NCBI GenBank assembly: GCA_963422645.2
Contig: CAXXVO010000008.1
Coordinates: forward strand, 480,001 to 544,000
Length of the DNA stretch: 64,000 nucleotides
From: Alphaproteobacteria bacterium
Lineage (GTDB): Bacteria > Pseudomonadota > Alphaproteobacteria > UBA828
Direction: 5' to 3'
Position 1 is the stretch's first letter. Every line of letters starts with the position of its first letter. The position numbers and the translations under genes were made by a program. Under the pieces are notes generated by a model, which saw only the letters and a list, made by a program, of their open reading frames with translations, did no database searches and had not been told where the DNA came from. Below are positions 21,168-31,449 of the stretch, one piece after another.

Positions 21168-22340
21168 TGGCCGGCCGGTTCAGATCGTCCCTCACCTCGG
21201 GATCATTGTAGATGTGGTAGAGGCGGGATCTGTAGGTTCTGGCGTCGGGCACGGCGTCGTCGCGGATCACCACACGCGGCGTCTTGACGAGGCCGGACTC
21301 GATGGCGTCGTTCAATCCTAAATCACTCACGATCCAGTCGAACAGCGCTTCCTCGGAACTTCTCCCGCCCGACGGCGCGAACGGTGTCGCCGAGAAGTCG
21401 TAGCAGGCGAGAATGCCGCGCGCTCGGTGGATTCGATCCAGCCCGCCGATCCACTTGGTCGCTTCCTCAATGGTGCCCCTGGCGACGCCCCTGACCTTGC
21501 CCCCGGCCGGGACACGCCATGCGTGATGCGCCTCATCGTTGACGACCAGGATGTTCCGGGCGCGCGCCATGTCGCCGAGCACATCGCGGATATAGGCTTC
21601 GACGCTCTTGGCGCCGCGTTTGTTGGCGATCTTCTCGTCCGTCTCCCAATTAAGCGCGTGCCAGTTGCGGATCGCCACCTTGCCTTGACGCAGCTTGTCG
21701 AGCACAGCCGACGGAACGACACGGAAGGCCTCGTAGTAGTTCTCTGGATGAGACGGCACCAGAACGGCCAAGCGGTTTCTTACCGTGAGACCGGGAGCGA
21801 TGACGAGGATGTTCTTGGCGAATCGGGTATCGCGGGGGTTGGCAATCTTGTTCACCACATGCCAGGCGATAACCATGGCTATGACGACGGTTTTGCCGGA
21901 GCCGGTCGCCATCTTGGCGCATAGCCGCTGGAACGCGCCGCCGTCGGACGGGATATCGACCCCCACGCGCTCAGCCGCCGGCGCTTCGGTGAGCCAGATT
22001 AGCGTTTCCGCCGCCTCGACCTGACAGAAGAAGAACCGCCGGGCGAACTCCTCGGGATCGTTCCAGTACTCCAGCAGGCGCTTCGTGACTCCCGTAACTC
22101 CGGGATAGCCAGCGGCACGCCACGCGCGCACGCGTTCTCGAATGCAGTTGACCAGGGGGATTTCGACGAAGACGCCGGGGTCTCCGAAAGCCTTGGAATC
22201 CTGCGACGCGATGACATATCCGGCCGGCCGGCGTCCGTCCCCGAGGTCGAACAGACGCGTCGTCCGATCGTAGCGCCAATGGCGCGCGGGCTCCTCGTAG
22301 AGAGAATTGACGATCAGGCGGTCGATGATGGCGCGGGCCA

Positions 22341-22703
22341 CTACTCCGCCTCCGGCGTCGGGCCGCGCTTAGGCGGGATTGCCGGTTCAAGCAGAGAGAT
22401 CAGTTCCGGCAAGTCACCCTGTACCGTTTTCCAGACGATATCGAGGTTGATGTCGAAATATGCATGCACGAGTCGATTGCGCATCCCGACGATCCGTTCC
22501 CACGGAATCTCCGGCAAACGCTGGCGTGTGGGTTCGGTGACCTGCGTTGCCGCCTCGCCGACAATCTCGACATCCTTGAGCAGCGCAAGGAGCAGTTGGC
22601 GATCCTTGTCGAGGTCGCCGCGCGTCCGTCCTCTAGCGAAGGCGACCGCTTCTCGCGCGGCGTCCAGCATGTGCCGCAAACGGATCTCGTCATCCTTGCG
22701 CAT
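22341..22703 (-). CDS. HEPN (HepT/DUF86) RNase toxin
   Basis: RX4H motif RNRLVH followed by AY; GEAA; IPW. Confidence 0.9.
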   Translation of the reverse strand: MRKDDEIRLRHMLDAAREAVAFARGRTRGDLDKDRQLLLALLKDVEIVGEAATQVTEPTRQRLPEIPWERIVGMRNRLVHAYFDINLDIVWKTVQGDLPELISLLEPAIPPKRGPTPEAE

Positions 22704-22995
22704 ACTGGACTTCCGCCGTGTCGAGGACTTCCTGGCGGAAATAGCGGCTCAGATCCTCCGGGGTTCGCAGGTCGACCTTGCGGCCGCCGAACAGGGTCGA
22801 GAGCTCGATCTCCATGCCAGCCACGCCCAACAGGCCGGGAGTGCGACCTGGCGCGAACTCGACCAGCACGTCGACATCGCTCTCGGGACCGAATTCGCTC
22901 CGCAATGCGGAGCCGAAGATGGCGAGCCGACGGATGCCGTGCGCCTGGCAGAATTCAGTCAGTTCGGACTTCGGGATCGATAGGCGCGGGTTCAT
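22690..22995 (-). CDS. Minimal nucleotidyltransferase (MNT) antitoxin
   Basis: FGSALR...SDVDVLV motif; overlaps the HEPN gene. Confidence 0.9.
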   Translation of the reverse strand: MNPRLSIPKSELTEFCQAHGIRRLAIFGSALRSEFGPESDVDVLVEFAPGRTPGLLGVAGMEIELSTLFGGRKVDLRTPEDLSRYFRQEVLDTAEVQYAQG

Positions 22996-23636
22996 GTCTA
23001 AATCGCCTTGTTGGCGTCGACATCGAAGCCGGCGACCTTCAATTCTTGAACGAGTCTTACCCTCCAGCCGCCCCCATCGTCCAGCTCAGTATAAACCACT
23101 CCGTCGTAGTCCGACGGGGTTTCCACATCGCCTTTGACAAGGGGACAGACACACTCCCGGCCAAGCTTCCCGAGGAAGAAGCCCAGCTCCAGAATGACGT
23201 TCTGCCGAGCGCGAGGCTTGAGGTCGAACTTCTCATCATTCCGCTTACCCACATCGTCCGGGGTCAAGAGGACAACCGCGAAAGGGACATCCGCATGATC
23301 CACGAACTTTTCGATGATCGTGCGGCCCTTGTTCGCCTGTTCGTGTAGGATGATCGGCTGGAGTTCCAGGTTCTGCAGAAATCTCGCAACCGTTTCCCGA
23401 GCGGCTCCGTCGTGCCCGTGGATGACGAAAACTCTATTGCTCTTGTGCACCATATCATCATCGGCATTGGAGCCGTCAGAAGCCCGCCCCGTCTCTGGCC
23501 AGTCCTCCTCAACTTCCTCAATCCAAGAATTTAGCAAGGTTGCGGCTCTATCCACATTGGTGCCGCTATCTTCATGCAGATGAATTATCAAGCTGCGGTC
23601 GAAGTCTCTGGGATAATCACTCTGACTACCGAATAT

Positions 23637-25515
23637 GTAACTGCCCAGGTCGTCTGATTTGTCATTTTGGGCCAGTGGATTGAGGCGTTTCTCGTTCGGA
23701 GTTGGTGGAAAGGGCTTGACGGGAATTTCGGGAAATGACTCAACAACGACATGAGCAATCCCGAGTCGCCGCGCGGCCCTTCGACGGGAGCAGCGCCCGA
23801 AACGCCCGCGCAGAAGATCGCCCGCCTGGAGGAGGAGAACGCCCGGCTTCGGGAGGAAAATGCCTGGCTTCGGCAGCAGAACGCGCGGCTGGAAGAGCAA
23901 GTCGCGCGTCTCGTCGAGCGCATCGAGGAGTTGGAGCGCCGTCTCGGCCTCAACAGCGGCAAGCCGCCTTCGAGCGATGGGCTGAGGAAGCCGAATTCGA
24001 AGCGGCGAACCCGAAGCCTGCGCGGCAAATCGGGCCGCAAGCCCGGTGGCCAGCCCGGCCACAAGGGCAAGACGCTGCGCCGCGCCGATCACCCGGATCG
24101 GGTGAAGGATCACGTCCCGGCTTCCTGCAAGGGATGCGGTTCGCCGCTTTCGGACGCGGCCAGGGCGGGAACGCCCGTCGCCCGCCAGGTGTTCGATCTG
24201 CCCGAGCCGAGCCCCCTGGAGGTGACCGAGCACCGGGCGCATGCCAAGTGCTGCGGGCATTGCGGGACGGTGACCCGGGCGGCGTTCCCCGACGGGGTGT
24301 CGGCGCCGGTGCAGTACGGCCCGCGCATTGCCGGGGTGGCGGTCTACCTTCAGCACGCTCACTTCCTGCCGGAGGATCGGCTGTCGCAGGTGATGGCCGA
24401 GCTCTTCGGCGCGCCGGTGACGGCTGCGACGTTGGCGACGATGAGCGAGAGGGCGGCCGAGCGGCTGCGGGACGCGGCCTTGCACATACAGGACCTGGCG
24501 GCGGGCACGGCGCGGGTGAAACACATGGACGAGACCGGCTTGCGGATCGGCGGTCAGACGCAGTGGCTTCATGTGATCTGCACGCCGCTGCTGGCGGCGT
24601 ACCGGGTCAGCGGCAAGCGCGGCGCCCTGCTCTCGGGTGTCTCCGGCATCGTCGTGCACGATCACTGGAAGCCGTACTTCGCGATGGAAGGGGTGGAGCA
24701 CGGCCTGTGCAACGCCCATCACCTGCGGGAGTTGCAGGCGCTGGTGGACATCGAAGGGGAGGCTTGGGCCCGGCGGATGCAGCAGCTCCTGCGCCGAGCC
24801 AATCGCGCCGCCCGCATCGCGCTGGACAAGGATATCGCCGTTCCGGCGAGGCTTGTGGCGCTGATCGAGCGCCGATACGACGAGATCATCGCCGATGCGC
24901 TGGCCTTTCACGAGAGCCAACCACCGTTCTCGCCTGGCAAGAGGAAGAAGCGCCGGAAGCGAAGGATCGGTCACAATCTGGCCTTGAGGCTGCGCGACCA
25001 CAAATGCGCGGTGCTCCGGTTCCTGATCGACCTCGAGGTCGGGTTCACGAACAACGAGGCCGAGCGCGACCTTCGGATGATGAAGCTGCGCCAGAAGATC
25101 TCCGGGGGCTTCCGGTCCGCGCAGGGGGCCGAGAACTTCGCCATCCTGCGCAGCGTCATCACCACCGCCAGAAAGCAGGGCTGGAATATCATCGAAGCCC
25201 TGACCAGCCCATCGGATCGGCTCATCGCCACCGTCAAGTGCGCGTAAGCTCACCTGGCACGGGTTCTCCAACAGCGGAGCCATTCTCATAAACGATCATG
25301 GTCGACGCCGTGCTGGACCACCCCATAGAATGAAAATCGGTGCCCGTCGCGCGGGCGGACTTCGGGCCACATCGGGGTAGCTTACCGGTCGCAGTCCGCA
25401 AGAGGGGCATCGTGAGCTGTGAAACCCGGCGACCACAGAGGAGCACACGGGCGTCGCGTGGGTAGCGTTGTGCCGAATCCCAGAGAATTTTCACAGCAAG
25501 AACCTGGGCAGTTAC
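23637..25515 (+). mobile_element. Single-ORF IS66-family element, copy B
   Basis: TIR GTAACTGCCCAGGT; 8-bp TSD CCGAATAT. Confidence 0.95.
23751..25247 (+). CDS. IS66 family transposase (protein identical to copy A)
   Basis: Identical 498-aa translation. Confidence 0.93.
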   Translation: MSNPESPRGPSTGAAPETPAQKIARLEEENARLREENAWLRQQNARLEEQVARLVERIEELERRLGLNSGKPPSSDGLRKPNSKRRTRSLRGKSGRKPGGQPGHKGKTLRRADHPDRVKDHVPASCKGCGSPLSDAARAGTPVARQVFDLPEPSPLEVTEHRAHAKCCGHCGTVTRAAFPDGVSAPVQYGPRIAGVAVYLQHAHFLPEDRLSQVMAELFGAPVTAATLATMSERAAERLRDAALHIQDLAAGTARVKHMDETGLRIGGQTQWLHVICTPLLAAYRVSGKRGALLSGVSGIVVHDHWKPYFAMEGVEHGLCNAHHLRELQALVDIEGEAWARRMQQLLRRANRAARIALDKDIAVPARLVALIERRYDEIIADALAFHESQPPFSPGKRKKRRKRRIGHNLALRLRDHKCAVLRFLIDLEVGFTNNEAERDLRMMKLRQKISGGFRSAQGAENFAILRSVITTARKQGWNIIEALTSPSDRLIATVKCA

Positions 25516-25597
25516 CCGAATATTCTCTTTAGGTCTTGACTAGTAGAAGTTTTCCATTTCTGAAAATCCGAATTGCCATGCTTTAGACCCCGTAAAC

Positions 25598-25711
25598 TCA
25601 GACTTCCTGACCTCGTGATGCTGGCTGTTCTGGGCAGCGTGCCGGGAACTCCTTGAATTCTGATACATTTCGGTTGTTTCAGGCGGTTTTTCGCTGGGTG
25701 TCGCGCCCGAG
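25598..25711 (+). mobile_element. Left-end fragment of the IS at 3070
   Basis: Matches 3070-3183; cut by the IS21 end. Confidence 0.9.
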
Positions 25712-25913
25712 TGTCAATCGGCTTTCAATACTGACCCCCGATCGGCGTGCAAAATTGACCCCCCTGAGTGGCACGGCGGAGGTTGTCCCGGTAGCCAATA
25801 GGGGGGACCCGCGCGGCTTCGTGTGGCGCCCTGCGCTACGCGGAGCGAAGCCGCGTGGGGGGTCCCTGTTGGCCCACCGGGGCAACCGGGCCGCAAGGGA
25901 GGCCGGCGGCGGG

Positions 25914-26642
25914 TCAGGAGCGGTTCTTGAAGCGCCAGCTCTCGTTGCCGGTCTCGATGATCTCGCAATGATGGGTGAGGCGATCGAGCAGCGCTGTGGT
26001 CATCTTGGGGTCGCCGAAGACGGATGGCCATTCGCCGAAGGCGAGGTTTGTGGTGATGACGATCGAGGTGCGCTCGTAGAGCCGGCTCATCAGATGGAAG
26101 AGCAGCTGCCCACCGGCCTGGGCGAAGGGCAGGTAGCCGAGCTCGTCGAGGATGACGAAGTCGCGGCGGACGAGCTGGTCTGCAGTGCGGCCCTGGCGTC
26201 CGGCGCGAAGCTCGGCCTCGAGGAGGTTGACCAGGTCGACGACGTTGTAGCACCGGCCGCGCGCGCCCTTGCGGATGCAGGACCGCGCGATGGCGACGGC
26301 GAGATGGGTCTTGCCGGTACCGGTGCCGCCGACCAGCACGATGTTGCGTTTGCCCTCGAGGAAGCCGCCGCCGGCGAGCTCCTGGATCAGGGGCTCGTTG
26401 ACCGGCGAGGCGGCGAAGTCGAAGTCGGCCAGCTCCTTGACCGTCGGCAGCTTGGCGGAGGCCATCTGGTACTTGATCGAGCGGGCCCTCTTGTCGGCGA
26501 TCTCGACCTGCAGCAGCGTACCGATGATCTGTTGCACCGGATGGCGGCGCTTGAGCCCGTCGGCAAGGATGTCGTCGTAAGCGGCGCGCATACCTGCGAG
26601 CTTCAGCTGGGTCATCATCTCCAGCACATCATGACGCTCCAT
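25914..26642 (-). CDS. istB: IS21 ATPase IstB
   Basis: [33 protein letters not shown]. Confidence 0.95.
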   Translation of the reverse strand: MERHDVLEMMTQLKLAGMRAAYDDILADGLKRRHPVQQIIGTLLQVEIADKRARSIKYQMASAKLPTVKELADFDFAASPVNEPLIQELAGGGFLEGKRNIVLVGGTGTGKTHLAVAIARSCIRKGARGRCYNVVDLVNLLEAELRAGRQGRTADQLVRRDFVILDELGYLPFAQAGGQLLFHLMSRLYERTSIVITTNLAFGEWPSVFGDPKMTTALLDRLTHHCEIIETGNESWRFKNRS

Positions 26643-28143
26643 GACCGGCCTCCCTCAGGCTGTCGTAGCGCTGACAGTCGGCTACCGGCTTGTGGCGAAG
26701 CTGCAGGCCCTCGGGCGTCGGGATGATTGCCGGCGGTGCCGGCTGGCGCTGCCGGGCGAGGATGTTGAGCACCACGTCGGCGCTGCAGGCACCGCAGTCG
26801 AGCGTCTCGGCACAGGCCGCCTCAACCGCCTCCAGTCCGTCCTCCAGCACCGCCGCGAGCACCTTGACGAACTGCCGGTCGCCGTCGTCGTGGCCCGCGA
26901 GCCGGGTTCGCAGGCGGCCGAGCGCGTTGGGCAACTGCCAGTCCTTGAAGGGCGCGCCATTGCGTAGCGCGCCGGGCTTCCGCGTCAGGATCGGCACGTA
27001 ATGCCACGGATCGTAGACGAACCGGCCGCGCCCGAAGCTGCGGGGGTGCTCGGCAACGGTCTCGCCGTCCTGGCGGATGACGATCCGATCGGCATAGGCC
27101 CGCACGTCCACCGGCCGGCCGACGGCGCGGGCCGCGACGCTGTACTGGTTGTTGTCGAAGCGCACCAGACAGGTCTTCGAGACCGACACCTCGCTGGCAT
27201 GGAAGCCGTCGAAGGGGCCGCGATACGCCATCAGGAAGGGCTGCTCCTCCTCGAACACCTGCCACACCGTCTTGCCCGGGATTGTCGGATGCGGATGCTT
27301 CTTGGCGTCCTCGATGCACCGATCCATCAGCCACTCGTTGATCTCGGCGTAGGAGCGGCCCCGCGGGATGGGCACGAACAGGCGGCCGCGAAGGTCACCC
27401 ACCTGCTTCTCGACCTGCCCCTTCTCCCAGCCAGCCCCTGGCGTGCACGCCACAGGCTCCACCAGATGGTGCGAGCACAGCTCCTGGAAGCGGCGGTTGT
27501 AGTCCCGCTTCTTGCCCACGAAGATCGTGCTCACCGCCGTCTTCATGTTGTCGTAGATGCCCCGCCGGCAGACCCCGCCGAAGAAGCGGAAGGCACGCTC
27601 GTGCGCCTCGAAGACCATCTCCTGGCTCTCGCGGGGAAAGATCTGGACCAGATACATCCGGCTGTGGCACAGCCGCATGTGCGCCGCCTTCACCCTGGTC
27701 GTCGCGCCCGACAGACGCGCGTACTCGTGGCTCCAGTCGAACTGGTAGGCCTCGCCGGGATCGAAGATCAGCGGCACATAGGCCTGCGCCGGCGACAACA
27801 GCCGCCACCGGCGCCGCCAGGCCCTGGCATAGCGGCGAACCGCGTCATAGCCGCCCTTGTAGCCCAGCGACACAAGGTCTTCATGAATCCGCAGAAGAGA
27901 CAGCCGATCCTTGCGTGCCTTCTTCTCGTTGGCCTTCAGCTGGCGCTCAAGCTCCTCCACCCACAGCCCAAGCTTCGGCATCGGCTGGATCTTGCGCTCG
28001 TAGCTGTGCGAGGTCGCATCGCCCCGCACCACCTTGCGTATCGTGTTCTTGGAAACCCTCAAATCCCGGGCGAGCTTCTTGATCGGAACGCCCTTCACCA
28101 GATGATCCCGACGGATCTTCGCGATCGTTTCCACAACCAGCAT
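26629..28143 (-). CDS. istA: IS21 transposase IstA
   Basis: [23 protein letters not shown]. Confidence 0.95.
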   Translation of the reverse strand: MLVVETIAKIRRDHLVKGVPIKKLARDLRVSKNTIRKVVRGDATSHSYERKIQPMPKLGLWVEELERQLKANEKKARKDRLSLLRIHEDLVSLGYKGGYDAVRRYARAWRRRWRLLSPAQAYVPLIFDPGEAYQFDWSHEYARLSGATTRVKAAHMRLCHSRMYLVQIFPRESQEMVFEAHERAFRFFGGVCRRGIYDNMKTAVSTIFVGKKRDYNRRFQELCSHHLVEPVACTPGAGWEKGQVEKQVGDLRGRLFVPIPRGRSYAEINEWLMDRCIEDAKKHPHPTIPGKTVWQVFEEEQPFLMAYRGPFDGFHASEVSVSKTCLVRFDNNQYSVAARAVGRPVDVRAYADRIVIRQDGETVAEHPRSFGRGRFVYDPWHYVPILTRKPGALRNGAPFKDWQLPNALGRLRTRLAGHDDGDRQFVKVLAAVLEDGLEAVEAACAETLDCGACSADVVLNILARQRQPAPPAIIPTPEGLQLRHKPVADCQRYDSLREAGHGAS

Positions 28144-28259
28144 CTCCCCCACCACCCCGTCCGTCCAAACGACGAGGTGTGTTCATGGACACAAATCCAA
28201 GGGGGTCAATTTTGGACGCCGATCACCCCCAATAGGGGGTCACTTTTCCACGCTTAACA

Positions 28260-28748
28260 ACAGTCCTCACCCTCGTGCCACTTCCTGGGGCGCTCGCGCA
28301 CCAGGCCGCGATTGCGCATCGCCCGCGTCAGCGTCGCGTAGGACGGCATCGGGCCGAGCTCGGGATGGGTCGCAACATGAGCCTTGAGGGTCTCGTAGTG
28401 GAGCTGCGCCGCCCACGAGGGATGGACCCGGTACTGCTCGCGCAGCGCCGCGATCAGCCCCGCCGACATGGACCGCTCGCGGCCGACGTCGGTCCGAGGC
28501 TTCCGGCGCAGCGCCTTGACCGGGTCCTGCTCCTCTGCCCGCGCCCGGTAGTACCAGCGCTCGATCGTCGAGGCCGCAAAGCGCACCGGCCCCTTGCCCG
28601 ACGGGTGCTCCCAGTCGCGCTGCGACAGACGCTCGAACTCGGCCCCCAGCTGGCCTGCAGGCGGCGGTGAAGCCAGAAGCGGCCCCACCACCGCAAAGCG
28701 CAGCCGGGCCCACTTCTCGCGCCTGGCGCCTGCGTCGTCCTTGTCCAT
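28260..28748 (-). pseudogene. N-terminal fragment of a DDE integrase/Mu-like transposase, truncated by IS21
   Basis: WARLRFAVVGPLL, STIERWYY HTH, PSYATL.R. Confidence 0.7.
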
Positions 28749-28797
28749 TCCGGCATCCCTCCCTCGCCGCATCGGAGAGATGCCCATGTAGAACGCC

Positions 28798-29415
28798 CTA
28801 TCCGGGCGTGACAGGAACACTTTCTGCGGGCGGCGCCGAGCCATCGCCGAGCCCGCAATAGCCCGTCCACGGCTTGAACCAGATCAGGCTCAGGAACAGA
28901 CGCTCACCGAAGCGTCCGCCCCGCATCTGCCGCAGCACGAAGAGCAGCGGCACCTCCTCGGGTGGCATCACCAGTTCGCCACGCTTCGCTCCCCAGGGCT
29001 CCGTCGCCGGGAACGCCTCCAGCCACCACTTCCGCCAGCGGCGCAGTGTGGCGACCGAGACCCCCCACTTCCGCTTGATCGTCTGCAACCGCACCCCGCC
29101 TCTCAGAACCAGTGCACTCAACAGAACGAACAGGGCGCCCAGATAAAAGCGGCGCCCGAAGAATCGTACCGATGGTGGGGTCGCTCGCAGGCGGCAATCC
29201 GCGCAGCAGAAGCTGAACCGCCGCGTGCCCTCTTCCCTCAACTCGGCTGCCAGACCGTACGGCTTGCGCGGATACGTCGCGCTGTGCAGCTTGCCGGGGC
29301 AGTGTCGGCAGCCCGCCTCGCGGCAGCGCGCCGCCTCGGCCTCATCGACCTCGCGCAGCCAGGCCCAGACCAGGGCGTTGCAAAGCATGGAGTGGCGGAA
29401 AATGTTGTGCGACAT
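28798..29415 (-). CDS. Cys-rich accessory protein of a DDE-integrase element (element end near 29565)
   Basis: CRHC, YPRKP, FSFCCADCR...TPPSVRF, TLRRWR; directly upstream of the DDE fragment. Confidence 0.65.
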   Translation of the reverse strand: MSHNIFRHSMLCNALVWAWLREVDEAEAARCREAGCRHCPGKLHSATYPRKPYGLAAELREEGTRRFSFCCADCRLRATPPSVRFFGRRFYLGALFVLLSALVLRGGVRLQTIKRKWGVSVATLRRWRKWWLEAFPATEPWGAKRGELVMPPEEVPLLFVLRQMRGGRFGERLFLSLIWFKPWTGYCGLGDGSAPPAESVPVTPG

Positions 29416-29565
29416 TGGGGCCGTCTCTGGCGATTGTGACCGTCACCACGAGACAAAGCCCCCCGGCGAACTTCTTGCAAGTTCGCCGAGGGGCACCCGC
29501 CCCAAAACCTCAACAAATCCGAGCGGATCAGGCCCCGATCCCCGCTGAAAGACCGCGCGCGCTCA

Positions 29566-31247
29566 CTGGCCGCGATCATGGCCGTCGAGGCCGACGAGGG
29601 TTCGTGACAGTGTCGCGCTGGCACGAGGACCTCGCTGCCCACGACGAGGCCTTCGCGTGCCTGCAGGACCTTTTCACCCCACAATCCTTCGCAATGACCG
29701 CCGTCAAAGCCATTCGGGAATGGGGCCAGAGGTTGCTGCGCCTGAGCGCGGCCCTGGTCAAGGAGAACGACGCGCTGGAGCGGGAGAACGCCCGCTTGCG
29801 CGAGCGGATCGCCGAACTCGAGCGCAGCGCCGCGCTCGACAGCACCACCAGCTCCAAGCCGCCGGCCAGCGACGGTCTGAAGAAGAAGAGCGGTGACCGG
29901 GAGAAGCGCACCCGGAGCCAGCGCGGCAAGTCCGACAGGCCCAGTGGCGGCCAGCCGGGCCACAAGGGAACTACCCTGGAGCGGACCGCGACGCCCGACC
30001 ATGTCGTCGATCATGATCCGTCCGCCTGTGAGGGCTGCGGCGCGCCGCTGTCGGACGCTGACCGTCACGGAGCCCCCGTCTGCCGGCAGGTCTTCGATGT
30101 GCCCGAGCCGCAGCCCCTCGAGGTCACCGAACATCGCGGCCATCGTTGCCTCTGCGCTGCCTGCGGCACCGTGACGACAGCCGTCTTCCCGAACGGCGTG
30201 AGCGCACCGGTCCAATACGGGCCGCGCATCACCGCGTGGGTGACCTACCTGCTGCACGCTCAGTTCATTCCCGAGAAGCGGGTCGCCGAGGTCATGAGCG
30301 ACCTCTTCGCGGTCAAGCTCTCAACAGCCACCATCGTCGCCATGGGAAGGCGCACCGCCCGGCGCTTCGAGGGCTTCCTCGATCGCCTCGCGGAGATCAT
30401 CCGCACCGCAGCCCCAGTCAAACACCTCGACGAGACCGGCATCCGCATCGCCGCCCGGACCCATTGGCTCCATGTGCTGTGCACCCCGTTGCTCACCATC
30501 CTGCGCGTCGCCACCGGGCGCAGCCACATCGACGAGAAGCTCAACGGCATCGTCATCCATGACGACTACGCCACCTACTTCGCTCTCGAGGGCGTGCGCC
30601 ACGGGGCCTGCAACGCCCATCACCTGCGCGAGCTCCAAGCCCTCATCGAGATCGAGAAGGAAGACTGGGCAACGAGCACGCACCGGCTCCTCATCCGTGC
30701 CAACAGAGCCGCCCGCTTCGCCCACAAGAACGACCGCGACGTGCCCGCCTCACTGGTGGCCCGCATCTCGCGAGCCTGGGACCGCATCCTCGAACGTGCC
30801 ATCGCCTCTCACGAAGAAATGCCACCGCTCCAGACCGGAAAGCGCGGACGACAAAAGCGCCGCATCGGTCACAACCTCGCCCTCCGACTCCAGAAGTACA
30901 AGGAGGGGTGCCTGCGCTTCCTCACCGATCCGCGAACCCCCTTCTCCAACAACGAGGCCGAGCGCGACCTCCGAATGGGCAAGCTGCGCCAGAAAATCTC
31001 AGGCGGCTTCCGCTCGATACAAGGCGCCCGCGACTTCGCAAACCTGCGATCCGTCATCGCCACCGCTCGAAAACAGCGCTGGAATGTCCTCGAAACCCTG
31101 GCGCACCCCGATCCAATCCAGCTGATCCCCTTATTGCGCTTCTGAAATCCTGCGCTGCTCCGGGAAAGCGCCGCCTGACCCCTGGCTGGTCAGAACCATC
31201 AATCCATCACGTCCGAGTGCTCGGCAGAATCAGACCTGGGCAGTTAC
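29566..31247 (+). mobile_element. 5'-truncated IS66 element (C) with a methyltransferase remnant
   Basis: 29566-29607 encodes LAAIMAVEADEGS*, homologous to the MTase end in element D; right TIR ACCTGGGCAGTTAC ends at 31247. Confidence 0.85.
29604..31145 (+). CDS. IS66 family transposase
   Basis: GTG start in a GTGA overlap; DETG, CNAHHLREL, SNNEAERDLR. Confidence 0.92.
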   Translation: MTVSRWHEDLAAHDEAFACLQDLFTPQSFAMTAVKAIREWGQRLLRLSAALVKENDALERENARLRERIAELERSAALDSTTSSKPPASDGLKKKSGDREKRTRSQRGKSDRPSGGQPGHKGTTLERTATPDHVVDHDPSACEGCGAPLSDADRHGAPVCRQVFDVPEPQPLEVTEHRGHRCLCAACGTVTTAVFPNGVSAPVQYGPRITAWVTYLLHAQFIPEKRVAEVMSDLFAVKLSTATIVAMGRRTARRFEGFLDRLAEIIRTAAPVKHLDETGIRIAARTHWLHVLCTPLLTILRVATGRSHIDEKLNGIVIHDDYATYFALEGVRHGACNAHHLRELQALIEIEKEDWATSTHRLLIRANRAARFAHKNDRDVPASLVARISRAWDRILERAIASHEEMPPLQTGKRGRQKRRIGHNLALRLQKYKEGCLRFLTDPRTPFSNNEAERDLRMGKLRQKISGGFRSIQGARDFANLRSVIATARKQRWNVLETLAHPDPIQLIPLLRF

Positions 31248-31432
31248 TGAAAATCGGTGCCCGTCGCGCGGGCGGACTTCGGGCCACATCGGGGTAGCTT
31301 ACCGGTCGCAGTCCGCAAGAGGGGCATCGTGAGCTGTGAAACCCGGCGACCCCAGAGGAGCACACGGGCGTCGCGTGGGTAGCGTTGTGCCGAATCCCAG
31401 AGAATTTTCACAGCAAGAACCTGGGCAGTTAC
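31248..31432 (+). mobile_element. Right-end fragment of the A/B-type IS66
   Basis: Matches 25331-25515 with one substitution seen. Confidence 0.9.
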
Positions 31433-31449
31433 ATAACTTTTGGCGGCCT

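Larger units (their letters stand above)
19955..22341 (-). pseudogene. Type III restriction endonuclease Res subunit, interrupted and truncated
   Basis: KMATGSGKT, NDEAHH, FSATP, DAIESGLVK; reading frame resumes after the 20051-21167 insert (DDLNRPA|RAEEPLPDLVMNGYYLLGYDW) and is lost near 19955. Confidence 0.88.
22998..25597 (-). pseudogene. CAP12/Pycsar-type TIR-domain protein, split by IS66 copy B and 5'-truncated
   Basis: VFVIHGHD, AVVLLTPDD, RARQNVILELG, PSDY; frame continues across the TSD (DFQKWKTSTSQDLKRIFG|SQSDYP). Confidence 0.85.
25712..28259 (-). mobile_element. IS21-family element
   Basis: TGT...ACA ends, subterminal TGACCCCC repeats, istA-istB; no TSD. Confidence 0.92.

Noticed and set aside
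22998-25289. 763-aa ORF as a novel TIR fusion protein
   Set aside because: It is the antisense frame of the IS66 transposase reading through the TIR into the interrupted TIR-domain gene
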